Shown one piece after another: positions 35,547 to 43,247 of a DNA stretch of 43,247 nucleotides. Position numbers and translations under genes: made by a program. Origin of the DNA: Patescibacteria group bacterium. Its GTDB lineage: Bacteria; Patescibacteriota; UBA1384; 2-12-FULL-50-11. The stretch's first letter is position 1. Each line of letters begins with the position of its first letter. The notes under the pieces were generated by a model. That model saw nothing but the letters and a program-made list of their open reading frames with translations. It searched no databases and was not told the origin of the DNA. The stretch covers positions 1 to 43,247 of the forward strand of contig JALHMV010000005.1 in the NCBI GenBank assembly GCA_022843855.1, read 5' to 3'.

Positions 35547-36401
35547 TTGCTGGGGATGATCACTGCGTTTATTTCTGCGATCGGTACCGCTGCCGGATTG
35601 GTTGTCGACAAGATAACACTCTCTCGCGAGCGAATGGCGCTGCGCGTCTACCTACCGCTCGTTTTTACATTTCTATGCGGGTTTACGCTTCTTCTAACGC
35701 CGTTATTGGGTCGCATAGACTTTACGATCGCCTTTCTACCCAACTCACTCTTTCTGCTTCTTCTGATGGTGATCGTAGCGATCGCGTGGAACGTCCTTTT
35801 CTACCAGAGCGTCAAGAAAGAGCGGATCTACGAGCACGAGGTGATCACAATGACGGCACCGCTCATAACGGTTCTGCTCGCTGCTGTTTTTTTCCCGGAA
35901 GAACGCGACACCACGATCTTTGTCCTTGCTCTTGTTGCCAGTATCGCGCTCTTTGTTGCCCGAAGAGAGAAGGCCCGTTTCATTCTTGATCGCGATGGAT
36001 ACAATCTCCTCCTGGGCGTTATTCTTATGTCCGTCGAAAACATTTTGTTCCGCGAGCTTCTTTACTCGTACACCCCTGTCGCCCTCTATGCGGTGCGGAC
36101 ATTTATCTTGGCCTGTTTCTTCATGGCCTACTACTCGCCGCGATATAAACAAGTCTCGATCAGGCATTGGTGGCTGATCGCCGGCAGCGCCCTGATCGGC
36201 GTTATCTCGATGGTGACCAAGCTGTACGCTTTCGCTGAAATCGGGATCATCTACACCACACTGATCGGCTTGCTGACACCGCTGCTAGTTTTCTTCGCAT
36301 CGTGGGAGATATTCCACGAAAAAATCCGGGCACGGATTGTCGTGGCGGGCATCATCATTCTTGCCGCAGTCAGTTGGGCGACGGTGTTAACCTTCTCGTA
36401 G
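35547..36401 (+). CDS. EamA/DMT-family transporter
   Basis: About 10 TM in two repeats, with the typical 'FHEKI' loop. Confidence 0.75.
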   Translation: MLGMITAFISAIGTAAGLVVDKITLSRERMALRVYLPLVFTFLCGFTLLLTPLLGRIDFTIAFLPNSLFLLLLMVIVAIAWNVLFYQSVKKERIYEHEVITMTAPLITVLLAAVFFPEERDTTIFVLALVASIALFVARREKARFILDRDGYNLLLGVILMSVENILFRELLYSYTPVALYAVRTFILACFFMAYYSPRYKQVSIRHWWLIAGSALIGVISMVTKLYAFAEIGIIYTTLIGLLTPLLVFFASWEIFHEKIRARIVVAGIIILAAVSWATVLTFS

Positions 36402-36402
36402 G

Positions 36403-37182
36403 ATGTATCTTGTCGATACGCACGCCCATCTTGACTTTAATGACTTTGACCAAGACCGAGCACGACTGATCAGTGAGCTCTCCGAGGCAAAAATCGCCGT
36501 CATTAACCCAGCGACCACTCGCTCCTCAAACGCCCGGATCGATCAGCTCGCGGGTCAACATCCGCTGATCTGGGGCGCGGTCGGCTTGCATCCAACAGAA
36601 ATTACACCAGAAACGTTAGTCGAACTACCGACGCTTTTGAAAGAATGGGACGAGCGCATGAGTCGAAATCATAAGCTGATTGCAGTCGGCGAGATCGGTC
36701 TCGATTACTTTCATCGCAACCATACGGCGGCTACTCAGAAAGCGGCGCTGCGACAGATGCTGACCTTTGCGCTTGATCGCACTGTGCCTGTGATCTTCCA
36801 CTGCCGCCAGGCCTACGGCGATCTAGTGACTATTCTTGAAAACTATCCCGGTATCCGGGGCGTTGTCCATTGTTTTAGCGGTACGCAGACTCAGGCCGAA
36901 CAGTTCATCGGGCTGGGTCTCCATCTTTCGTTCACCAACAACATCACTTACCCGGCCAACGACCAGCTGCGAGCCGTTGTTCGTTCGATTCCGTTCGATC
37001 GACTCATGCTTGAGACCGATGCTCCGTTCTTGCCGCCACACGAACAGCGGGGTCGGCGCAACGACCCTCGCAACGCTCTTCAAGTCGCTCAAACGGTGGC
37101 GATCCTCACTGAGCGATCGGTTGAGGCGGTGGCTACCCAGACCACCACGACAGCTCAGAAATTGTTTAAGATAGATATATGA
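36403..37182 (+). CDS. tatD: TatD-family nuclease
   Basis: Motifs DTHAHL, GLHP, GEIGLDY, HCR, HCFSG and ETDAPFL. Confidence 0.94.
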   Translation: MYLVDTHAHLDFNDFDQDRARLISELSEAKIAVINPATTRSSNARIDQLAGQHPLIWGAVGLHPTEITPETLVELPTLLKEWDERMSRNHKLIAVGEIGLDYFHRNHTAATQKAALRQMLTFALDRTVPVIFHCRQAYGDLVTILENYPGIRGVVHCFSGTQTQAEQFIGLGLHLSFTNNITYPANDQLRAVVRSIPFDRLMLETDAPFLPPHEQRGRRNDPRNALQVAQTVAILTERSVEAVATQTTTTAQKLFKIDI

Positions 37183-37219
37183 TCGAAGTTCTCCACGACC
37201 AAGAGCGGGAGCGCCCTTT

Positions 37220-38194
37220 ATGAACTGGATCGACGGTGTTATCATCGGTATCTTTATCTTCTACTTGGTAGAGGGAGTACGGCGAGGCTTCATTGAGCAG
37301 TGTCTGGAACTGCTCGGTTTCTTCTTCTCCCTCCTCTTCACCTTCCTCTCGTATCGTCCGGTGGCTGAGTGGTTAGCAGACAGCGCTGGGCTGCAAGCGT
37401 TTGCGGCTAAACCGGTCGCGTTTCTCGGGCTCTGGATTTTCTTTCAAATCATATATTCGTTTATTCTGCAATTGACCTATCCAAAGGTTCCTGCCCTTCT
37501 CCGCCAAGCCAAGCCGAATCGGCTGGCAGGCGTCATACCGGCGTTTGTAAAGGGCTACATCTTTATCTCGGTTCTCCTCACGCTTTTTCTAGCCCTCACC
37601 ATCCCAGCGAAGCTCAAAACGACCATCGATCAGTCGTTAATTGGGAGCCGATTTGTTGCCCAGTCCGGCAACGTCCAGCAGTACCTGAGTCGGCTACTCG
37701 GCCAAGATATCAAAGACACGCTTACCTTCTTGACGGTTCCGCCCCAATCGGAGGAGATCGTCCAGCCTGACGAACGAGTGATGCTAAAGTTCACCGTCAA
37801 CGATGGGGTCATCGACAAACAAGCCGAACAAGAAATGCTTCAGCGGCTGAACGATGAGCGAGTGAAGGCTGGGCTGAAGCCTCTCGTTTGGAACGAGAAA
37901 GCGGCGGTCGTGGCTCGAATGCACTCAAAAGATATGTTCGCTCGGGGCTACTTCTCCCACGAAGATCTTGAAGGACGATCGCCGTTTGATCGGATGAACG
38001 CCGGCGGCGTTACGTTTACCGCTGCCGGAGAAAATCTGGCCTACGCAGCCACTGTTGAGTTGGCCCATAACGGCTTAATGCGCTCACCTGGCCATCGTGC
38101 GAATATCCTCGAGACCGACTACGGGACGGTCGGTATCGGAGTGATTGACGGCGGAATCTACGGCAAGATGTTCACCCAGGTTTTTACCAATTGA
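37220..38194 (+). CDS. CvpA-family membrane domain fused to a CAP/SCP domain
   Basis: N-terminal MNWIDGVI...G.RRGF; C-terminal LNDER, HSKDM..RGYFSH, GENLA and SPGHRANIL. Confidence 0.88.
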   Translation: MNWIDGVIIGIFIFYLVEGVRRGFIEQCLELLGFFFSLLFTFLSYRPVAEWLADSAGLQAFAAKPVAFLGLWIFFQIIYSFILQLTYPKVPALLRQAKPNRLAGVIPAFVKGYIFISVLLTLFLALTIPAKLKTTIDQSLIGSRFVAQSGNVQQYLSRLLGQDIKDTLTFLTVPPQSEEIVQPDERVMLKFTVNDGVIDKQAEQEMLQRLNDERVKAGLKPLVWNEKAAVVARMHSKDMFARGYFSHEDLEGRSPFDRMNAGGVTFTAAGENLAYAATVELAHNGLMRSPGHRANILETDYGTVGIGVIDGGIYGKMFTQVFTN

Positions 38195-38235
38195 GGCTCG
38201 ATTTTGCGCCGAGCCTGCGCTAAAATAGGCCGACA

Positions 38236-39345
38236 ATGAAACGGGTTGTCGTGATGATGAGCGGCGGGGTCGATTCTTCAGTTGCAGCAGCGCTACTGAA
38301 AGATCAGGGCTACGACGTGTCCGGCGTCTACATTTTGGGCTGGACAGGAACAGAAAAGTTTCCGTGCTCGTGGCAGCACGAAGAAGCCGATGCCCGTGCC
38401 GTTGCCGCACAACTGGATATCCCGTTTCAGACAATAAATCTCTCGAAAGAGTACGAACAGCAGGTGGTTGACCAGTTCTTCGCCGGCTATCGAAGGGGGA
38501 TAACTCCCAATCCCGACATTCTTTGCAATAGAGAGATAAAATTTAAGGCGCTGTGGCGAGCGGTTCGGTCTCTGGAGCCGGATTATATCGCGACTGGCCA
38601 CTACGCCAGAATAGAAAACGGCTTACTCAAGAAAGGTCGGGACAGCAACAAGGATCAGAGTTACTTCTTGTGGGGGATCGAGCGGAGGATGCTTTCTAAG
38701 ATTCTTTTTCCGGTCGGTGAGTTAGACAAGGTGGACGTTCGTCGGCGAGCTGAGGCGTTTGGGCTTGCGACAGCCGCAAAGAAGGATAGTCAAGGAATCT
38801 GTTTTATCGGACCGCTGCGAGTACGAGAATTTTTGCGCACTGAGCTGCGACCGATCTCGGGTGATGCCGTGCTCTCGGATGGCCGAGTGATAGGCGCCCA
38901 TGACGGGGCTGTCCTCTACACGATCGGACAACGGCTCGGTGCAGGTTCGGTCAACTGGACCGGTGACGTGCCGCCGTTGTTTGTTCTGGCGAAAGACCTG
39001 GCAACAAACCGATTGGTTGTCGGTCGTGACGCTGAGTGTTACGCCACTCAGGTTGTTGCATGTGGCCCCAATTGGTTGGCGGATCTTCAATTGCCTGTTC
39101 GGGTCAAGGCCAAAAGTCGATACCGGCAGGCCGATGTGATAGCGACCGTTGAAGTCCGTAGCGACGGTCGCCTGCTTGTTACCTTCGACGAGCCGGTTCG
39201 GGCGCTGACTGCTGGTCAGTCGTTGGTGTTCTACGACGACGAAACGCTCCTCGGAGGAGCGATCATCGAGGCTATCCCCGCGCAGGATTTGCTGATAGAA
39301 AAGAGTAATGGGAGAGCTCGAATCAGCGCGCACATCGCATCGTAA
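38236..39345 (+). CDS. mnmA: tRNA 2-thiouridine(34) synthase
   Basis: Motifs MSGGVDSS, TPNPDILCN, ATGHY, KDQSYFL and SQGICF. Confidence 0.96.
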   Translation: MKRVVVMMSGGVDSSVAAALLKDQGYDVSGVYILGWTGTEKFPCSWQHEEADARAVAAQLDIPFQTINLSKEYEQQVVDQFFAGYRRGITPNPDILCNREIKFKALWRAVRSLEPDYIATGHYARIENGLLKKGRDSNKDQSYFLWGIERRMLSKILFPVGELDKVDVRRRAEAFGLATAAKKDSQGICFIGPLRVREFLRTELRPISGDAVLSDGRVIGAHDGAVLYTIGQRLGAGSVNWTGDVPPLFVLAKDLATNRLVVGRDAECYATQVVACGPNWLADLQLPVRVKAKSRYRQADVIATVEVRSDGRLLVTFDEPVRALTAGQSLVFYDDETLLGGAIIEAIPAQDLLIEKSNGRARISAHIAS

Positions 39346-40471
39346 AAACACCGGACGTTTCTTCTTAATTGTCTGCTTACTGTTTGTCTTCGGCACTGGC
39401 TTTCTATTCGGCGCCGGGTATCAGCTCAATCGCGTCCAGCTCAATCTCAACGAGTTTTGGCAAGTCTTTGATCTTGTTGAGCGCGAACATGTTGGGTCGA
39501 TTGACAAGAAGAAGGCGGTTGAAGGGGCGACACGCGGATTTATCGACAGCCTCAACGATCCGTATAGTAGTTTTCTTTCGGCTGAAGAACGCACGAACCT
39601 ATCTGAGGAGCTAAGCGGGTCGTTCGAAGGTATCGGCGCTCGACTCGAGGAGAAGAACGGCCTGATAACTGTCGTTGCGCCGCTCTCCGGATCACCGGCC
39701 GAAAAAGCCGGCCTCAAGCCGCAAGACGTGATCGCTGAAATCAACGGTGAGTCAACGGAGAATATGAGACTTGATCAAGCGGTCGGTAAGATACGTGGCC
39801 AAGAAGGAACGGAAGTATCGTTGGTGATTGTTCGGCCGAAACAAGATAAGCCGATCGACCTCAAGATCGTCCGCCAAGCGATCTTGGTGCCGAGCGTTAC
39901 TTGGAAGATGATCGGCGCGGTTGGTTATATCGAGGTGAGCCAATTCGGCGACGATACCGTTGCGCTCTTTCAGCAGGCAGCGACCGAACTAAAAGACAAA
40001 CAAGCGAGCGCCATCGTTCTTGATCTCCGCAACAATCCCGGTGGGTATCTAAACGACGTCGCACCGATTGCTGGCGCTTTCTTGCCGCCGAGCTCGGTGG
40101 TGACCATCCAGAAATATAAGATCAAACCAAGCGAAGAAATTAAAACCACTACGATCCCCGTTTTTCCCAATACCCGACTGTTTGTCTTGGTTAACGGTGG
40201 GTCGGCGTCGGCCTCTGAGATTCTGGCTGGTGCGCTGAAAGACTACGGCCGTGCTCAGGTAATCGGCCAGAAAACATTTGGCAAGGGCTCGGTTCAGGAT
40301 ATTATTCCGTTGGGGGGCGGTGCAGCGCTGCGATTGACTGTTGCCGAATGGTTAACGCCGAAAGGGACGGTCGTCAACAAAGTCGGCATCGAGCCCGATA
40401 TCGTCGTTGAGGGAGAAAAAGGCGACGCTGATGATCCGATCCTGGAGAAAGCGCTAGAGCTGGCTCGTTAG
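39308..40471 (+). CDS. ctpA: Carboxyl-terminal processing protease (S41A) with PDZ domain
   Basis: Motifs DPYS, FEGIG, LDLRNNPGG, SASASEI and TFGKGSVQ. Confidence 0.93.
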   Translation: MGELESARTSHRKNTGRFFLIVCLLFVFGTGFLFGAGYQLNRVQLNLNEFWQVFDLVEREHVGSIDKKKAVEGATRGFIDSLNDPYSSFLSAEERTNLSEELSGSFEGIGARLEEKNGLITVVAPLSGSPAEKAGLKPQDVIAEINGESTENMRLDQAVGKIRGQEGTEVSLVIVRPKQDKPIDLKIVRQAILVPSVTWKMIGAVGYIEVSQFGDDTVALFQQAATELKDKQASAIVLDLRNNPGGYLNDVAPIAGAFLPPSSVVTIQKYKIKPSEEIKTTTIPVFPNTRLFVLVNGGSASASEILAGALKDYGRAQVIGQKTFGKGSVQDIIPLGGGAALRLTVAEWLTPKGTVVNKVGIEPDIVVEGEKGDADDPILEKALELAR

Positions 40472-40514
40472 CGGCCGTGTTCGCGACTCGGGATTTTTCC
40501 GTCATAATTGTGGC

Positions 40515-40751
40515 ATGGAGCAGCCCAACGCGCTTATCACCGTCGCCGAAGCCGAGGAAGTTATCCAAGTCAAAACCGGCCCATTCAGTGTTCTCCGAAC
40601 ACCGATGATGATTATCCTTGGGCTGGCGATTGTTGCGATCGTCACGCTCCTGATCATGCTCGTTCTCTCGCTCAGAGGTTCTCGAACAGGCATCGAAGCG
40701 GCGGTACCGTTTTTGGACAAAACGACCATCGAAGACTTGCAAGTGCCGTAA
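40515..40751 (+). CDS. Small single-TM hypothetical protein
   Basis: 78-aa ORF with one TM helix; CATAAT 6 nt upstream. Confidence 0.6.
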   Translation: MEQPNALITVAEAEEVIQVKTGPFSVLRTPMMIILGLAIVAIVTLLIMLVLSLRGSRTGIEAAVPFLDKTTIEDLQVP

Positions 40752-40775
40752 TCAAACGAGTACAGTAAGGCCATC

Positions 40776-41330
40776 ATGACAACAACACTTTGGATCATTC
40801 TTGGCGTCGTCGGGGTAATCGTTCTATGGTTTATCGTGACGTACAACTCGCTCGTTACATTAAAGAACCGCGTCGAAGAGGCTTGGAGCGATATCGATGT
40901 TCAACTCAAGCGTCGCTACGACCTAATCCCAAACCTGATTGAAGCGGTCAAAGGCTACGTGAAGCAAGAAAAAGACGTACTAACGCAGGTGACGGCAGCT
41001 CGTACCGCTGCTATGGGTGCGCAAACGCCGCACGATAAAGCGAAGGCCGAGAATATGTTAAGTGAGACTTTGAAGAGCTTGTTTGCGGTTTCGGAGGCGT
41101 ATCCCGACCTTAAATCGTCTACCAATTTCTCCCAACTTCAGACCGAGCTGACCGATACTGAAGATAAGATTCAGGCTTCGCGTCGGTTCTACAACACCAA
41201 TGTTCGCGACCTCAACACCAAGATTGAAACATTTCCTACCAATACAATTGCGGGGATGGTCGGCGCAACGAAGCGAGAGTTCTTCGAAGCAGCCGAAACT
41301 GAGCGCGAAAACGTCAAGGTAAGTTTCTAG
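40776..41330 (+). CDS. lemA: LemA family protein
   Basis: Motifs WSDIDVQLKRRYDLIPNL, EAYPDLK and RRFYN. Confidence 0.95.
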   Translation: MTTTLWIILGVVGVIVLWFIVTYNSLVTLKNRVEEAWSDIDVQLKRRYDLIPNLIEAVKGYVKQEKDVLTQVTAARTAAMGAQTPHDKAKAENMLSETLKSLFAVSEAYPDLKSSTNFSQLQTELTDTEDKIQASRRFYNTNVRDLNTKIETFPTNTIAGMVGATKREFFEAAETERENVKVSF

Positions 41331-41342
41331 TTTAGGTTACGG

Positions 41343-41375
41343 AAAAACAAAGTCGCCTATCCGAAGATAGGCGGC
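41343..41375 (-). terminator. Terminator between convergent lemA and a hypothetical gene
   Basis: Minus strand reads CGCCUAUC-UUCG-GAUAGGCG-AC-UUUGUUUUU. Confidence 0.75.
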
Positions 41376-41393
41376 AGTGGAGTACTCGACTGA

Positions 41394-41642
41394 TTAGCGG
41401 CTTATCGAACCAGCAAGCTCCGTGTCAAGCGGCCCGCAAAGCTGACTATTTGTTACGGTGCCGCTGCCGTCGACAACCACAGTCGCCGATTGAAGGCGAT
41501 ACTCGTCAATGCATGGGTCATCGTTACGAGCAACAATCAGCGTCGAGCCGCCTGGGAAGTGAAGCGTGATGGCCTCACCTGTAGCGGCGACCTCTGAGCG
41601 CGCGTCTGCCTCCGTCTTCTTGTGGCTATCGTAAGTTTTCAT
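41394..41642 (-). CDS. Hypothetical protein (82 aa) inserted between lemA and htpX
   Basis: GGAG SD before ATG 41642, with its own terminator downstream. Confidence 0.55.
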   Translation of the reverse strand: MKTYDSHKKTEADARSEVAATGEAITLHFPGGSTLIVARNDDPCIDEYRLQSATVVVDGSGTVTNSQLCGPLDTELAGSISR

Positions 41643-41733
41643 GGGGCGTCTCCGAGAGGTAATTATCTCATCGTGAGGCTGTCGGATCAATAACAACATG
41701 GAAAAAAGGAGCAGGTTATCTTAGAATACGCCT

Positions 41734-42624
41734 ATGTACAAAGAGATCGCTGCTAACAAACGCCGGACGTTTTATATATTCTTTGTTTTTGCCCTACTGA
41801 TGATCGCCATCGGCTGGGCGCTGTCGTATCTCTATGGTAATGTGATGATCTTGTATATCGCAGTTGGTATCGCGGTAATCCAAGCCTGGATCAGCTACTA
41901 TTTTTCCGACAAGGTTGCCCTAGCCAGTACTGGTGCCAAAGAGGCCTCCAAGGAGCAATACGGCGATCTTCATCGGTTGGTCGAGAACCTGGCGATTACC
42001 GCCGGTCTGCCGAAGCCCCGCCTGTACGTCATCGACGATCCATCGCCAAACGCCTTTGCGACCGGTCGTGACCCACAACATGCGGCGATCGCCGTCACGA
42101 CGGGGTTACTCGACGTCATGGAGAAACGCGAGCTGGAAGGGGTGCTGGCCCACGAACTTGCCCACGTCGGCAATCGCGATATTTTAGTCATGACGGTGGC
42201 AGTCACGCTTGTCGGAGCGGTTGTTCTTATCTCCGATATACTCTTACGTTCTTGGTTCTGGAGAAGTCGTGACGATAACGATAGCAAGTCGAGCGGGGCT
42301 GTTATGCTCATCGCTATCGCTTTAGCAATCCTTGCGCCGCTGTTTGCTCAGCTCATCCAGCTCGCCGTTTCAAGGAAGCGTGAGTATCTGGCGGACGCTA
42401 CCGGTTCGATGCTGACGCGCTTTCCGGAGGGGTTGGCCTCCGCGCTCGAAAAGATTGAGCGCTACGAACGACCGATGGCGAAAGCGAATCGAGCGACCGC
42501 TCATCTCTTCATTAACGAACCGTTCGGCATCGAAGAGAAGAAGTCACGTTCGTGGTTGGCGACCGTTTTTTCGACTCACCCACCGATTCCCGATCGCGTC
42601 AGCAAACTGCGCGCTATGCTGTAA
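41734..42624 (+). CDS. htpX: M48 zinc metalloprotease HtpX
   Basis: Motifs PNAFATG, AHELAH, SRKREYLAD and FSTHPP. Confidence 0.94.
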   Translation: MYKEIAANKRRTFYIFFVFALLMIAIGWALSYLYGNVMILYIAVGIAVIQAWISYYFSDKVALASTGAKEASKEQYGDLHRLVENLAITAGLPKPRLYVIDDPSPNAFATGRDPQHAAIAVTTGLLDVMEKRELEGVLAHELAHVGNRDILVMTVAVTLVGAVVLISDILLRSWFWRSRDDNDSKSSGAVMLIAIALAILAPLFAQLIQLAVSRKREYLADATGSMLTRFPEGLASALEKIERYERPMAKANRATAHLFINEPFGIEEKKSRSWLATVFSTHPPIPDRVSKLRAML

Positions 42625-43247
42625 ATGGCCGGTACTGTTCCAGCTGAACGGATCAAGCGTCTTGAGGAACTGATCAAACGGTTACGACAAGACTATTACG
42701 AACACGATAATCCATCTGTCAGCGACGCGGTCTACGATTCGCTCCTGGATGAGCTCCGACGTCTGGCGAAGGATTTCCCGGGGGAAGTCAGCCAGGAGTT
42801 GATCGGTGAGCAAGTCGGCGGTACGCCGTCGCCCAAGTTTGTGAAAGTGACGCATCGAGAGCCGATGCTCTCGCTCTCTGACGTAAAAAACGAAGAGGAC
42901 TTCCAGGGGTGGGTTGCTCGCATGAACAAGCTTCTTGGCGAATCGCTCGGAGCTTTCTTCGCTGAACTGAAAGTTGATGGGTTAGCGATATCGCTTCATT
43001 ACGAAAAGGGGTTACTGGTTCAAGCCGCAACTCGTGGTGACGGGCGGGTCGGTGAGGATGTGACGCGGAACGCACTAACAATTGAGACGATTCCCGTCCA
43101 GCTGCCTATCCTTAAAGACTTGCCCGACGAGATCGAAGTTCGGGGCGAGATTTACATGCCGCTCAAAGATTTTCAACAGATGAACGATGAACGCTCCGCT
43201 CGCGGGGAGCCGCTCTTTGCCAACCCTCGCAACGCCTCGGCGGGAGC
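42625..43247 (+). CDS. ligA: NAD-dependent DNA ligase (3'-truncated by window edge)
   Basis: Hand-translated: YYEHDNPSVSDAVYD, PMLSL, ELKVDG, TRGDG..GEDVT, EVRGE and FANPRNASAG. Confidence 0.95.
   Translation, partial: MAGTVPAERIKRLEELIKRLRQDYYEHDNPSVSDAVYDSLLDELRRLAKDFPGEVSQELIGEQVGGTPSPKFVKVTHREPMLSLSDVKNEEDFQGWVARMNKLLGESLGAFFAELKVDGLAISLHYEKGLLVQAATRGDGRVGEDVTRNALTIETIPVQLPILKDLPDEIEVRGEIYMPLKDFQQMNDERSARGEPLFANPRNASAG

Noticed and set aside
38722-39396. 224-aa minus-strand ORF
   Set aside because: Antisense to mnmA; no recognisable features.
1-43247. CRISPR array, tRNA/rRNA, IS or prophage genes, alternative genetic code
   Set aside because: None seen on reading. TGA acts as a stop (e.g. 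ileS, pilB, pilC). A tRNAscan/Rfam run would be needed to exclude small RNAs fully.

Overview
This is a gene-dense bacterial window of roughly 50-55% GC by eye, using the standard genetic code. Its compact housekeeping genes, pilM/N/O + pilB/C cluster without a secretin, and 7TM histidine kinase suggest a Patescibacteria (CPR)-type genome (inference). The backbone comprises hisS (3' end), ileS, plsC, ddl, murA, a type IV pilus operon, dnaX-dnaB-uvrD, a G5/lysozyme-like protein, rsmA, rsmI, metG, tatD, mnmA, ctpA, lemA, htpX and ligA (5' part). The most interesting region is 8.4-15.5 kb. On the minus strand, an unannotated 18-aa leader peptide (MEFTPIANAWWRNPSPSR) carries complete terminator/antiterminator structures of a ribosome-mediated tryptophan attenuator. 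It controls not trp genes but a GNAT acyltransferase and an M14 deacylase, and neither protein contains a Trp residue. Divergent from it is an operon encoding a FeeM/LuxI-fold acyl-amide synthase, a small membrane protein, a SAM methyltransferase and a 7TM-GAF histidine kinase, with a receiver-only regulator nearby. Together these look like a candidate acyl-amino-acid signalling system. Other notable items are an HU/IHF-like domain fused to PilB, a hidden 36-aa Cys-rich microprotein, an IleRS with a HYAT signature in place of HIGH, apparently pervasive leaderless genes, and a promoter-driven short RNA carrying an anti-Shine-Dalgarno sequence. I saw no CRISPR array, tRNA, rRNA or mobile element.
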